Source of the DNA: an uncultured Acidobacteriota bacterium
Lineage (GTDB): Bacteria > Acidobacteriota > Terriglobia > Terriglobales > Acidobacteriaceae
Length of the DNA stretch: 64,000 bases
Assembly: GCA_963840655.1 (NCBI GenBank)
Contig: CAWIZS010000009.1
Location: 102,283 to 166,282, forward strand
Reading direction: 5' to 3'
Part shown: in pieces, positions 48,340 through 58,875 of the stretch
Numbering within the stretch: position 1 is the first letter of the stretch
Layout of the letters: the number at the start of each line of letters is the position of its first letter
Notes under the pieces: generated by a model
What the model was told of the DNA's origin: nothing
The model's input: the letters and a program-made list of their open reading frames with translations, nothing else
Databases searched by the model: none
Position numbers and translations under genes: made by a program

Positions 48340-50841
48340 TCAATCGCGGCCATGGTTGTCCTTGGGATCGCCGCCAGGGAGGATATCGCCGTAAATGATG
48401 CCACGGCCATTCATGCCCAGATAGACACGCCCATATACGCGCGGATCTGCCTGGATGAGAGTGGGGCCTCCATATTGGTGCGCATCGTCGTTGATCCGGA
48501 CCCAGGAGCCGCCAGTGTCATCCGAGCGATAGATGGCCATCGCGCCCTGCGGCGACGCTTCCCCGTAGAGAAACACCGCTTGTTGACGGGTCAAGGGCGA
48601 GGCAGCTCCAACGGCGACCGAGTTGGCATAGGCGATATTCGCGAGCTTCGTCCAGCTGGAGCCGCCGTCGGTGGAATGGTAAAGACCATTGCTGCCGAGC
48701 GGCAGCCAGATGTCCCCGGATTTCGCCCAATTCACATCCACCACGCCGCATCCGGAGCCATAGCAGTTTGCACTGGCGGGCAGCGGCGTCGTGTTCACCG
48801 GAGCGAAGACTCCGATGCCATGCACCGTGTCCACCGTGCCGCTGTAGAAGCTGCCTCCCGAACTGCTGCTGGAGAACGCGTAGAACAACTGCGGTTTCAC
48901 TTTGTCCGCGTAGACGGGCGTCGTGGCTGACAGTCCCGTCGTTTCAATCCAGGTGGCGCCATTGTCGGTGGAGAATTGCGCCACGCCAGAGTACGGCGGT
49001 GTCCACATGACGGTGGTCCCGATGGCATCCACAGAGACAGTGCCGCCGTTCCCGGAGTTCGCTCCCTGCGCGCAGGCCGGAAACGGACTCCAACTGGCGC
49101 CGCCATTGGTCGAGTAGGCGCCATAATTGCAAGGGTTGGTGGAAGACGTTGCCGGCGACTGCGCGCGCACGATGAAGCTGGGATTCTGCCCGGCCCAGTC
49201 GAGACTGCCGACACTGGTAGCCACCGGATTGGTATACATTCCAGCCTGCGGCGAGACGGTGAAATCCGTATGCACGAATCCGCCGATATCGCCGACTCCG
49301 CTCAGCAAGTGAGCGCCCGCCGTGGGGCTGATGAGGGCCAGAACGGCTGTCTCCTCAATTCCCTTTGCTTCGACTGACCATGTGGGCGAAGTCCCTCCAT
49401 CGGCCGCGGAGACGTTGTATGTGCCGTAGATGGTCGCTCCTGTCCCATACATCAGGTGTTCCGGATTGGTGGGGTCTATCAGAAGTCCGGACATCCACCA
49501 CCCAAACTTGGCCGATGGATAAGGAGAATTGGGATAGTTGGTGTTGCCGAAGGTCAGGTACGGGGAAATGGGTGTGTACACGCTGGGATTGAAATAGTAG
49601 TTCCCGTAAGGCGGCCCATCGTCGCCGCTGCTCGATGTAACCAGACCGAGATTGACCCACGTGTCTCCGCCATCGTGCGTTACGTATGCGGTGTCCACCG
49701 GATACCAGCGGTCCATGGTGCTGACGGCCACCGTCCCCGGACGGCTTGGGTCTTGCGAAATGCCGACGAATCCACCCAGCGGTCCGGACTGGAAGGGAGA
49801 ATCAATCGGCGGCGTGATATTGGTCCAAGTTTTGGTGGAGGGATCGTATTTTTCGACGATGCCGTAGTCGATGACATTCGGTCCCGGCAGGTCGTCGAAT
49901 GTGACATAAAGATCGCCGTCGCGGTCGATCAGCGCACGCTCCGGCGCCGGCGGATAGGTTCCGCTGGGAACGTTATAGGAAGCGGGCCATGCAATAGGCT
50001 GCCCCGGCACGGCCGTCCACGTCGCGCCGTCATTGGTGCTGATGTACACCGTTGCCGTCGTGTAAGCGCCGACATAAATTGTGCCCGCATTCTTCGGGTC
50101 GAAGACTACCCATTGCACGCCATATGTGTCGGTCGAGGACTGCAACGGAAAACTGGCCACCCGCTTCCACGTCTGGGCATGGTCTTCGCTCACCCAGAGA
50201 CCGTTGAACCGGGTCCCCATAAATAGTTCATTGGGCTTGAATGGATTCACCGCGAGGCGCTCGCCCGCCGCTCGTCCGTTGTCGTTCGAGGCCATCTGGA
50301 AAGGCACGGGATAGGTCTCGAAAGTAGCGCCTTGATCGGTCGAAACTAAAAATGCGCAGCAATTGGCGTACGCGTACATGCCTGCCGCAATATAAAGGCG
50401 GTTGGGATCGTTCGGGTCGAGCGCCACGCTCTCCGGACCGTTCAGGTTGTAGTCTTGCGGCGAATGGAAATCGAGCAGGGGAAGCCAGCGTTGGTCCTGC
50501 GCCTCCCATCGGTAGACGCCTCCAATGTCAGTACGGGCATAAATCAGGCCGGGATCGGTCGGGTGCGCGATCAGACCCGGCACATAGCCGCCCGCAACGA
50601 TGGTGACTGGTTGAAATACGTAATGCTCGGAATCATGCTGTGCAAAGAGCGTAGCCGTCGTCTGGAAAAACAAGAACGCGACAACGGCCGTAGCGGCATA
50701 CAATCCCAGCCGCTGAAAACGCGCGGTGAAAAAGCATGCCCGTGGAAATGAAGGGAATAGAAATCGTGCGCTTTTGGATTGGTGAAAAGGCATGGGAGCC
50801 TGCCTCCTGAGGGTGGAAGTTGGTGGGCCTTCGCGTGCCAC
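48340..50841 (-). CDS. secreted GH74-like glycoside hydrolase (two beta-propellers with BNR/Asp-box repeats)
   Basis: ..IVAGGYVPGLIAHPTDPGLIYARTDIGGVYRWEAQDQRWLPLLDF.. is an N-terminal pattern typical of GH74. There are at least 8 SxDxGxTW-type boxes (STDQGATF, SEDHAQTW, STNDGATW, THDGGDTW, STNGGASW, STDNGATW, STDGGSSW, SDDTGGSW). The N-terminus is signal-like. Confidence 0.75.
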   Translation of the reverse strand: MAREGPPTSTLRRQAPMPFHQSKSARFLFPSFPRACFFTARFQRLGLYAATAVVAFLFFQTTATLFAQHDSEHYVFQPVTIVAGGYVPGLIAHPTDPGLIYARTDIGGVYRWEAQDQRWLPLLDFHSPQDYNLNGPESVALDPNDPNRLYIAAGMYAYANCCAFLVSTDQGATFETYPVPFQMASNDNGRAAGERLAVNPFKPNELFMGTRFNGLWVSEDHAQTWKRVASFPLQSSTDTYGVQWVVFDPKNAGTIYVGAYTTATVYISTNDGATWTAVPGQPIAWPASYNVPSGTYPPAPERALIDRDGDLYVTFDDLPGPNVIDYGIVEKYDPSTKTWTNITPPIDSPFQSGPLGGFVGISQDPSRPGTVAVSTMDRWYPVDTAYVTHDGGDTWVNLGLVTSSSGDDGPPYGNYYFNPSVYTPISPYLTFGNTNYPNSPYPSAKFGWWMSGLLIDPTNPEHLMYGTGATIYGTYNVSAADGGTSPTWSVEAKGIEETAVLALISPTAGAHLLSGVGDIGGFVHTDFTVSPQAGMYTNPVATSVGSLDWAGQNPSFIVRAQSPATSSTNPCNYGAYSTNGGASWSPFPACAQGANSGNGGTVSVDAIGTTVMWTPPYSGVAQFSTDNGATWIETTGLSATTPVYADKVKPQLFYAFSSSSSGGSFYSGTVDTVHGIGVFAPVNTTPLPASANCYGSGCGVVDVNWAKSGDIWLPLGSNGLYHSTDGGSSWTKLANIAYANSVAVGAASPLTRQQAVFLYGEASPQGAMAIYRSDDTGGSWVRINDDAHQYGGPTLIQADPRVYGRVYLGMNGRGIIYGDILPGGDPKDNHGRD

Positions 50842-51163
50842 CGTTCACGGCGGACGCAAAGGGCTTTACCGAAGCGCCAACATGCTACCTCCAACCTGCG
50901 GAATTTGTCCAACTAAAACGCTTTATATTTGCAAGTCCTTTATCGCCATGTTGAAAATGCCATCCCGACCGGAGCGGAGATGTCTGCACTGAGCGATGCC
51001 TGCGGGATACGATCGATTCAAGCAAAACCGGGGAAAATGTATCCCGAAGCCACATCGCTCCACTCGACGCGACCAACAGGGAGCGGCGACCTTGAATAAG
51101 ACGAGAGAGGATATAGTATCCCTGGGTTTGCTCTAGACTCAGAGCAGAAAAGGCCCGATCCCT

Positions 51164-52579
51164 ATGAAACTGCGAAAGTTCATTCTGCCGGCTATCTCTC
51201 TTGCCGTAATTGTTGCGGCCGCGGCACGAATTGCTTCCGCGCAACTCTCAGAGACAGACAAGCAGCTCTCAAAATCGATTTTGAGACAGTTGATTGAGAT
51301 CGACACGACCAACTCCTCCACGCCGGCTGCCGAAGCGATGGAGAAGCGCTTCCTCGATGCCGGCTTTTCGCCCAGCGATATTCATCTGATCGGCCCGAAT
51401 GAGCAAAACCAAAACCTGGTCGTGCGATACCGCGGAACAGGCCGCTACAAACCGATTCTTCTGATCGGCCACCTTGACGTCGTTCAGGCGCTCCGAAAAG
51501 ACTGGAGCACGGATCCGTTCCAATTCGTAGAAAAGGATGGATACGTTTATGGCCGCGGCACGCAGGACATGAAGGACGGCGACGCCATCATGGTCACCAA
51601 CCTGATTCGCCTGAAGAAGCAAGATTACAAACCGGACAGAGACATCATTCTGGCGCTGACTACGGATGAGGAGGGCGGAGATTTCAATGGCGTAAGCTGG
51701 CTGTTGAAAAATCACCGCGACCTGATCGATGCCGCGTTCGTGCTGAATCCGGACGGAGGAGGCGTGACCACACAGAATGGAAAGGCGATTCTCGTCGAAG
51801 TGGACGCCAGCGAGAAAATGTATTCCGATTACACGGTGACCGCGACCAACCGCGGCGGCCACAGTTCCCTGCCCAGACCGGATAATGCAATTTATGAATT
51901 GGCGAACGCGCTGGTGCGGCTGCAGCACTATCAATTCCCGGTCCAACTCGACGCGGTAACGCGAGCCTACTTCCAAAAGCAAAGCACCGTTTTGCACGGC
52001 CAGCAGGCGGAGGACGTGAAAGCGATTCTGCGGACGCCGCCCAATCCGGCGTCGGTTGCCCGCGTTTCTCAGGATCCGTTTAGCAATGCCACCCTGCGCA
52101 CTACCTGTGTCGCTACCGTAGTACGCGCCGGAGGAGCGAATAATGCTCTTCCGCAACGCGCCGTTGCCAACGTGAATTGCCGCATCCTGCCGGGGCGCAC
52201 ACGGGAGCAGATTCGCCAGAAGCTGATTGAGGTGCTGGCCGATCCGAAAATCAGCGTTCAGATGGTCGGGGGATCCCTCAACGGACAGGCGAACGCAGAA
52301 GCCGAGCCGCCCGCCCCGCTGAACCCTCAACTGATGGGCGCGATCGATAAAATTGCCGCGCAGATGTGGCCTGGCGCGCCGGTCGTGCCCGCCATGTCGA
52401 CCGGAGCGACCGATGGAAAATATACGAATGCTGCCGGAATGCCGACTTACGGCGTCTCCGGAGTTGCGATCGAAGTGGGCGGCGATCGAGAGCACGGCAA
52501 GGATGAACGCGTGCGAATGAGCTCGTATTACGATGGTGTCGTCTTCTACTATCGCCTGCTGAAGGCGCTTACTTCGTAA
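51164..52579 (+). CDS. secreted M20-family metallopeptidase (carboxypeptidase/ArgE-DapE-like)
   Basis: Signal peptide, then GHLDVV, GRGTQDMKDG and TTDEEGG metal-ligand motifs. Confidence 0.8.
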   Translation: MKLRKFILPAISLAVIVAAAARIASAQLSETDKQLSKSILRQLIEIDTTNSSTPAAEAMEKRFLDAGFSPSDIHLIGPNEQNQNLVVRYRGTGRYKPILLIGHLDVVQALRKDWSTDPFQFVEKDGYVYGRGTQDMKDGDAIMVTNLIRLKKQDYKPDRDIILALTTDEEGGDFNGVSWLLKNHRDLIDAAFVLNPDGGGVTTQNGKAILVEVDASEKMYSDYTVTATNRGGHSSLPRPDNAIYELANALVRLQHYQFPVQLDAVTRAYFQKQSTVLHGQQAEDVKAILRTPPNPASVARVSQDPFSNATLRTTCVATVVRAGGANNALPQRAVANVNCRILPGRTREQIRQKLIEVLADPKISVQMVGGSLNGQANAEAEPPAPLNPQLMGAIDKIAAQMWPGAPVVPAMSTGATDGKYTNAAGMPTYGVSGVAIEVGGDREHGKDERVRMSSYYDGVVFYYRLLKALTS

Positions 52580-52614
52580 CCGCAGGTTTCGCACCGGCGA
52601 AGTTTGCTGCGTCG

Positions 52615-54795
52615 TTGCCCCGTAACTTTCTCTGGAGACTTTTTGCCGTGATTCGGATCATCCGCCTTCTCTCATTCGCTTGCCTTGTTTCGTGGATGTA
52701 TTGTGCTGTCGGTGTCGCGCAACCTGCCGCGCGTGGGTTCACCCTGCAGCAAGTCATGAGCGCTCCTTTCAATTCCGATCTGATTGCCGCGCCGATGGGC
52801 GGCGGCTTTGCGTGGCTGTCGAATGTCGAAGGCAGACGCAATATCTGGGTCGCCGTGCCCTCTTCAAGCGGCGGCTATGCTGCGCGGCAGATCACACCGT
52901 ATACGGAAGACGACGGCCAGGAGATTAGCGGTTTGCAATGGTCGCCGGATGCGAAATCCATCGTGTATACGCGCGGAGGCAGCACCGACGATCCGGATAA
53001 AATGTCTCCCAATCCCGCGCTTTTTCCGCAAGGCGCGGAGCAGGATGTGTGGCTGATATCGCTCGACGGAGGCGCGCCGCGCAAGCTTGGCGCCGGCCAC
53101 TCACCGGCCTGCTCCACGCAAAACAACTCCGTGGCGTGGATTCTGAAGGGACAGATATGGTTTGAAAAGCTCGACGACCCCAATGCGAAACCGACGCATC
53201 TGCTGCACACGCTCGGCAAGAGCGGTTCCCTGCGCTGGTCGCCGGAGGGCAACCAACTCGCATTCGTCAGCAATCGCAGAAGCCACAGCTTCATCGGCGT
53301 TTATTCGTTCTCCTCAAACACGCTCGAATACCTGGACCCGGGCACAGATCATGATCGATATCCGATGTGGTCGCCGGACGGCCGCGAAATCGCCTTCGTC
53401 CGCATTCCTTATTCCAAGGAGGAACACTTCGATCGCGTCGAGCGCACCGGTCAGCCGTGGTCGATCATCGTTGCGGACGTCGCCACCGGCAAAGGCCGCG
53501 CGATCTGGACAGCCAATCCAGGCCCCGGCAGCGTCTTTCGCAGAGTCGACGCAGAACACCAGGTCTTCTGGGGCGCGGGAGATCATCTTGTTTTCCCCTG
53601 GGAAGGCGACGGCTGGACGCATCTCTACAGCGTTTCCGCGCAAGGCGGAGCGGCTACGCTACTGACGCCCGGCGACTTTGAAGTGAAAGATGTTGCGATC
53701 AGCGCCGATCGCACAACCATCGTCTACTCGTCCAACCAGAATGACATTGATCGTCGCCATGTCTGGAAACTCGCGGTTTCCGGCGGCAGCCCAGTCGAGT
53801 TGACTCCGGGTACCGGCATCGAAACCGCGCCTGTGATGGCGAGCGACAACCGTACCGTCGCCGTGCTGCGCTCGGACGCGCGCATTCCCATTCGCCCTGC
53901 CGTGATTACGAATTCCGGCGCGATGCGCGACCTGGCTCCCAAAACAATTCCCGCGAGTTTCCCGGCCGCACAGATGGTCATTCCGCAACAGGTCATCTTC
54001 AACGCGACGGACGGAATGCGAATCCATGGGCAGTTGTTTCTGCCTGCGGGGGCTACCGGTTGCGTGCGTCATCCCGCCGTCGTGTTTGTGCATGGAGGTT
54101 CGCAGCGGCAGATGTTGCTGGGCTGGCATCCCATGGGCTATTACTCAAATTCTTATGCGATGAATCAGTATCTCGCCAATCATGGCTATGTCGTACTGTC
54201 CATCAATTACCGCAGCGGCATCAGCTATGGACTCGATTTTCGCGAGGCGCTCGACTACGGTCCCATGGGAGCCAGTGAATTCCACGACGTAGCCGGCGGC
54301 GCTCTTTATCTGCGCAGCCGCTGCGATGTCGAGCCAAAACACATCGGCATCTGGGGCGGAAGCTGGGGTGGTTTCCTCACCGCTCTCGCCCTCGCGCGCG
54401 CCTCTGATTTGTTTCAGGCAGGCGTCGATATGTCGGGCGTGCATGACTGGAACGTGGACAATCCGAGGAATTTCGCCATCTCCGACACTGCCGCCGATCC
54501 CAATGCGCGGTGGAGGCTGGCATGGGAATCTTCGCCGCTGGCCGACGTGAAGCTGTGGCGTTCGCCGGTTTTGCTGATCCAAGGCGACGACGATCGCGAT
54601 GTTCCCTTCCTGCAGACTGTGCAATTGGCGGCTGCGCTGCGCCGGCAGAAAGTCCCGTTGAAAGAACTCATCTTTCCCGATGAAGCGCACGACTTTCTAC
54701 TGCATCGCGATTGGCTTGCGGCTTATGAGGCGAGCGCTGCATTCTTCGACCAATATCTGAAGTCTGCATCCGCAAAAACATCGCCCGCACCATAG
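52615..54795 (+). CDS. S9-family serine peptidase with N-terminal beta-propeller (TolB/DPP-like)
   Basis: WSPDA/WSPEG/WSPDG propeller repeats. The catalytic triad contexts are GGSWGG, QGDDDRDVP and PDEAHDF. The start is uncertain (TTG 52615 or GTG 52648). Confidence 0.8.
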   Translation: MPRNFLWRLFAVIRIIRLLSFACLVSWMYCAVGVAQPAARGFTLQQVMSAPFNSDLIAAPMGGGFAWLSNVEGRRNIWVAVPSSSGGYAARQITPYTEDDGQEISGLQWSPDAKSIVYTRGGSTDDPDKMSPNPALFPQGAEQDVWLISLDGGAPRKLGAGHSPACSTQNNSVAWILKGQIWFEKLDDPNAKPTHLLHTLGKSGSLRWSPEGNQLAFVSNRRSHSFIGVYSFSSNTLEYLDPGTDHDRYPMWSPDGREIAFVRIPYSKEEHFDRVERTGQPWSIIVADVATGKGRAIWTANPGPGSVFRRVDAEHQVFWGAGDHLVFPWEGDGWTHLYSVSAQGGAATLLTPGDFEVKDVAISADRTTIVYSSNQNDIDRRHVWKLAVSGGSPVELTPGTGIETAPVMASDNRTVAVLRSDARIPIRPAVITNSGAMRDLAPKTIPASFPAAQMVIPQQVIFNATDGMRIHGQLFLPAGATGCVRHPAVVFVHGGSQRQMLLGWHPMGYYSNSYAMNQYLANHGYVVLSINYRSGISYGLDFREALDYGPMGASEFHDVAGGALYLRSRCDVEPKHIGIWGGSWGGFLTALALARASDLFQAGVDMSGVHDWNVDNPRNFAISDTAADPNARWRLAWESSPLADVKLWRSPVLLIQGDDDRDVPFLQTVQLAAALRRQKVPLKELIFPDEAHDFLLHRDWLAAYEASAAFFDQYLKSASAKTSPAP

Positions 54796-54818
54796 ATCAA
54801 GAAAATCAAGGAGCAGGG

Positions 54819-55889
54819 ATGCATCGGAAAATTGCCTGTTTTCTACTGGGCCTTGCGCTGCCCGTCAGTTCGCTCATCGCGCAGAATGCACCGTCGTCCG
54901 CGCCAACGGCGCTTCCTACATTTACCCGCTCCTTCACCGCTGGAGGCAAACAGTACTCGGTTGTAGTAGCCGGCCGCGACCCCGCCGTTGGCGGCACGAC
55001 AATAATTCCTACGCTACTGGTGCCGGTGTCGCTGGCTTTCGACGGATATCGAGACGCATCCGGCGAGCGGTTAGTGCTCAACCCAACCGCGGATGTGTCG
55101 AAGGTCGCGCAATCGCCGATCTTTCAAAAATACAATTTCGCAACCGGGACGACGCAATACGGCGACGCCGTACAGCGCGCGGAGTTTTACAAAGAGGCAA
55201 GCGCAAAGAACGGCAAAGCCGCATGGCACACGCTGCTGGGTCAGCCACGCATCGCGCCCGCGATCCAGATTCAGATTCCAGCGGCCGACGGATACCTGCT
55301 CACCTCAAAGCGGACCGGGCATTCTCTTGCCATTGTCGATCTTGAGTTCGTGCAGAAGGAGTTGTTTCAACAGCTAGCCCAAGCAAATCTTCGGACGGAT
55401 ACGCTCGTCATCGCGGTTACGAAGAACACGATGTTTTATCCGCTGAACGATGCGACCGTATGCTGTTCCTGGGGCGCCCACGGTGTCCATCTCAATCCAT
55501 CCGGTCCGTCGTTAAGTCCCGCACAGCCATTCATTCTCGGAACCTATCTGGATTCGGGCGTCGTGCCACGCTACTCCGGCATTCAAACACTGTCTGAGCA
55601 GCTCGTGGAATGGATGAACGATCCGCTGCATGGAACAGATACGAATCGTTTCCCGGCGTGGAGAAACCCACCGCCAAACAACTCCTGCGGCGGCAGAGGC
55701 GAAGGAAGCGCGTATCGTTTCGCCGAGCCGACAGACAGCGCATCGATGTCGAACGCTACACAAGTAACAATGCATGGAACTGTTTATCATCTGGCGAATG
55801 TAGCGCTGCTGCCCTGGTTCACCAAAGCCGCGATCCGGGGACGTTCCGGCACGCGTATAGTTTTCCAGACACGCATGTCCTCACAATGA
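54819..55889 (+). CDS. hypothetical secreted protein (possibly the N-terminal part of a fusion with the downstream GH18 domain)
   Basis: Signal peptide MHRKIACFLLGLALPVSSLIAQ. I recognised no motifs. The last ~20 residues are R-rich, while another frame reads more protein-like. Confidence 0.5.
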   Translation: MHRKIACFLLGLALPVSSLIAQNAPSSAPTALPTFTRSFTAGGKQYSVVVAGRDPAVGGTTIIPTLLVPVSLAFDGYRDASGERLVLNPTADVSKVAQSPIFQKYNFATGTTQYGDAVQRAEFYKEASAKNGKAAWHTLLGQPRIAPAIQIQIPAADGYLLTSKRTGHSLAIVDLEFVQKELFQQLAQANLRTDTLVIAVTKNTMFYPLNDATVCCSWGAHGVHLNPSGPSLSPAQPFILGTYLDSGVVPRYSGIQTLSEQLVEWMNDPLHGTDTNRFPAWRNPPPNNSCGGRGEGSAYRFAEPTDSASMSNATQVTMHGTVYHLANVALLPWFTKAAIRGRSGTRIVFQTRMSSQ

Positions 55890-56962
55890 CGGCCATGCCA
55901 TGTTCCAGCAATCGCCACGCCCAGTCCGCTCCGACCGCTTCCCCGCTTGCGCAGACGCATCCACCAAACGGCCATCAGCTAATCGGGTATTGGGATGGTC
56001 ATTCTTCCGCCAAAATGTTGCCGCTGCGCGATGTTTCGCCACAATGGGATGTTGTCATCGTCGCCTTCGCGCCACCCGCCAAGGGATCCACCAGCCGTTT
56101 ATTCTTCGTGCCGCCGATCGGCCAAACGCCGGAGCAGTTCAAGTCTGACATCGCTTACCTGCAGAGCAAGGGCAAGAAGGTGCTGATCTCACTCGGCGGC
56201 GGTGGAGAGGTGGTGGTTCTGAATTCACCAGAGGACTTCCGGAATTTTGTCAGCTCCGTTTCCGCCATCGTGCAGGAATATGGGTTTGACGGCGTGGATC
56301 TCGACCTGGAAACGCCTTCTCTGATCTTGCAGCCCGGAGACACGGATTTTCGCCATCCGACCACACCGTCGATCGTCAACTTGATTGCTGCGATGCAACA
56401 ACTACATCGCCGCTTCGGTCCAAAGTTCATGATTGCCGAAGTTCCGGAAGGTCCGCAGGTACCGGCGGGCATGGAAACCTACGGAGGACAGTTTGGCTCA
56501 TTTTTACCGGTGATTTATGGAACCCGGGATATCCTTTCGTTTGTGGACGTGCAGAACTACAACACCCCGCCGCTTGCCGGCCTGGACGGAAACTACTACA
56601 TGCCGGAAACTTCCGATTACTACGTCGCGATGGCAGAGATGATGGTGCGCGGCTTCCCGGTCGCCCGCAATCCGGCGGAATTTTTCCCGCCGCTGACGCC
56701 GGAAAAAGTCGCCATCGGATTCATGGCCGGCCCTCCGGAGCTGCCGACCATTGAAAACGCGCTCCGCTACGTCATTCAGGGAAAGCCATACGCCGGCGGA
56801 GAATATAAACTTCAGAAAACCGCCGGCTATCCCGCGTTCAATGGAGCGATGTTCTGGAACATAGAATCCGACTGGTGGGACAACTATCAGATGTCGAACA
56901 CCATCGGTCCGCTGCTGCACGGCCTTCCGTCAATAGCGGGGTCCATCGCCCAGAAGAGGTAA
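55886..56962 (+). CDS. GH18-family (chitinase-like) glycoside hydrolase domain protein
   Basis: Catalytic FDGVDLDLE (DxxDxDxE) and ..KVLISLGGGG.. There is no signal peptide if it starts at ATG 55886, which overlaps the upstream stop as ATGA. Confidence 0.8.
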   Translation: MTAMPCSSNRHAQSAPTASPLAQTHPPNGHQLIGYWDGHSSAKMLPLRDVSPQWDVVIVAFAPPAKGSTSRLFFVPPIGQTPEQFKSDIAYLQSKGKKVLISLGGGGEVVVLNSPEDFRNFVSSVSAIVQEYGFDGVDLDLETPSLILQPGDTDFRHPTTPSIVNLIAAMQQLHRRFGPKFMIAEVPEGPQVPAGMETYGGQFGSFLPVIYGTRDILSFVDVQNYNTPPLAGLDGNYYMPETSDYYVAMAEMMVRGFPVARNPAEFFPPLTPEKVAIGFMAGPPELPTIENALRYVIQGKPYAGGEYKLQKTAGYPAFNGAMFWNIESDWWDNYQMSNTIGPLLHGLPSIAGSIAQKR

Positions 56963-57178
56963 CGGTTAACCAAGAGTCAAGGTTGACGCGCCGTCCTGAT
57001 ATTCTGCATCCATTCGGAGAAACGCCAGACCTTCCAGGAAAGCCCTTCAAATCACTCGCCTTCATTAATTTTCAATGAATTAACGCAGATTGGCCAATTT
57101 ACATTAACTATAGTTTAATAAGCATTGAAGCTGACCTGAGTGACTGATCCTCCAGATCTGCCGCTACCGGAGAATTCC

Positions 57179-58732
57179 ATGCAATCCTGCTGTCTATCGC
57201 TAGTCGTCTGCCTGCTTCTCCACGCTGGGCAGATCCCTGCCGATCCGACACAGAAGGCTGCCCTGAATCTGGTAGCTTGGAAGACCGCGAGCGCACCGGA
57301 GGAAAGTTGCGTGTTGCCGGAATTCCCGCTGGAAGCGGAAGCGTGGAGATTCTCGGAAGAAAATCTCCAGGGCCAGGGTGGGAAGGACCAGGGTGGGAGC
57401 GGAACAGCGTCCAAGGCAAACGAAGTGGAGCCTTCCGAAGAGAGCGAGTTTACCTTTTTTCGCCACCCGGACCATACCCGTTACTGGATCAGTGGCCAGG
57501 AAAACACGATCTACCAAATGCATGGAAATTTCCACTCCCCTTACCAGGGGACCAATAGTTTCACGGCGCCATTTCAGTACAAAGCGTCCGTCGTCGGCAC
57601 CCTGATGCTGGGCTATCAACTCAATACCAATCCGCGCTATGAAACGGAAGTTTTCTACGACGAAGAGAGCGCAGGGGGACGCGGACTGAGCCAGGCGTTT
57701 GGGCTGGCTGGATTCACAAACCTCGATGTTGTGCGCAACCCGAATCTCGGCCTGGTACCCTACCTGGCGCGCGCGGAAATTCATCAAACCATCGGCTTCA
57801 CCAGTGAAACAACTCCGCAGGAACGCGGGCCATTCTCACTGGCGACAAGCGTGCCAGTGCGGCGGATCGAATTTCGTGCAGGCAAACTTGGGCTGCCCGA
57901 CATTCTCGACCAGAACGCCGTTCTAAGCGACAGCCATCAGCAGTTCATGGACTGGACCGTCGATAACAACGGCGCGTGGGACTACGCGGCAGACACCCGC
58001 GGCTACACCTATGGAGCGGATTTCGAATATCAGGACCGCAACTGGGGCGCGCGCTATGTGCTGGCACTCATGCCGACTGTAGCAAACGGAATTACCCTGG
58101 ATTGGGCTTTGCGGCGAGCGCGCGCGCAAAACGGAGAGCTGGAAATTCGCAAGGGATTTCTTCCCGGCCGCGACGGCAGCATCCGTTTCCTGGCGTACGG
58201 CAACAATGCGCACATGGGCGATTATCGCGAGGCGGTGATTCATTATCTGGAAGGCATCACGCGGCGGCCGGAGATTACCTCCGTCGAGCAGTTCGGTGTG
58301 TTGAAATACGGTTTCGGCATCAACTTGGAACAAAACATCACTGGCAATCTACGCATTGCGGGGCGCTTTGGTTGGAATGAAGGCCAGCACGAGTCTTTCG
58401 CCTATACCGAAGACGATCAGACCTTTCTGTTCGGGGCAGATTACGCGGGATCGGCGTGGCATCGCAAGCAGGATAAGGTCGGCATCGCGTTCAACACCAA
58501 CGCGATTAAGAAGGACCACCAGAACTATTTAAAATACGGCGGCCTGGGTTTCCTGCTGGGAGATGGCCGGCTGAACTATGCCAGAGAAGACATCCTCGAG
58601 GCGTATTACAACGTGCACGCCTGGCGCGGGCTTTATTACGCCATCGGAAATACTTTCATCGCCCACCCCGGCTACAACCAGGACCGCGGGCCTGTCGACG
58701 TCCAAACCGTCCGCATGCACCTGGAGTTTTAG
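57179..58732 (+). CDS. outer-membrane porin, OprB-like (carbohydrate-selective) family
   Basis: Signal peptide MQSCCLSLVVCLLLHAG, then alternating beta-strand patterns, ..SGQENTIYQMHGNFHSPYQGTNSF.. and a C-terminal aromatic residue (..RMHLEF). Confidence 0.6.
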   Translation: MQSCCLSLVVCLLLHAGQIPADPTQKAALNLVAWKTASAPEESCVLPEFPLEAEAWRFSEENLQGQGGKDQGGSGTASKANEVEPSEESEFTFFRHPDHTRYWISGQENTIYQMHGNFHSPYQGTNSFTAPFQYKASVVGTLMLGYQLNTNPRYETEVFYDEESAGGRGLSQAFGLAGFTNLDVVRNPNLGLVPYLARAEIHQTIGFTSETTPQERGPFSLATSVPVRRIEFRAGKLGLPDILDQNAVLSDSHQQFMDWTVDNNGAWDYAADTRGYTYGADFEYQDRNWGARYVLALMPTVANGITLDWALRRARAQNGELEIRKGFLPGRDGSIRFLAYGNNAHMGDYREAVIHYLEGITRRPEITSVEQFGVLKYGFGINLEQNITGNLRIAGRFGWNEGQHESFAYTEDDQTFLFGADYAGSAWHRKQDKVGIAFNTNAIKKDHQNYLKYGGLGFLLGDGRLNYAREDILEAYYNVHAWRGLYYAIGNTFIAHPGYNQDRGPVDVQTVRMHLEF

Positions 58733-58756
58733 AGGCCGAAGTTCTTCGGGGTGCGC

Positions 58757-58815
58757 GGCAAACAGCAGGTTCCTCGACTTCGCTGCGCTCCGCTCGGAAT
58801 GACATTCTTATGATT
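58757..58815 (+). repeat. dispersed intergenic repeat, copy E
   Basis: ggcaaacagcaggttcctcgacttcgctgcgctccgctcggaatgacattcttatgatt, located between the convergent porin gene and ftsB. Confidence 0.6.
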
Positions 58816-58875
58816 CGGGCAGCCGACATCCAAGCCGGCTTGAGCAAGCCGAGAAAGGACGGATGCGCTTTTTCG

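Noticed and set aside
57058-57130. AT-rich island upstream of the porin gene as a defined regulatory site
   Set aside because: It is clearly AT-richer than its surroundings and is probably promoter DNA. I could not identify a convincing -35/-10 pair or operator palindrome, so it is not reported as a feature.
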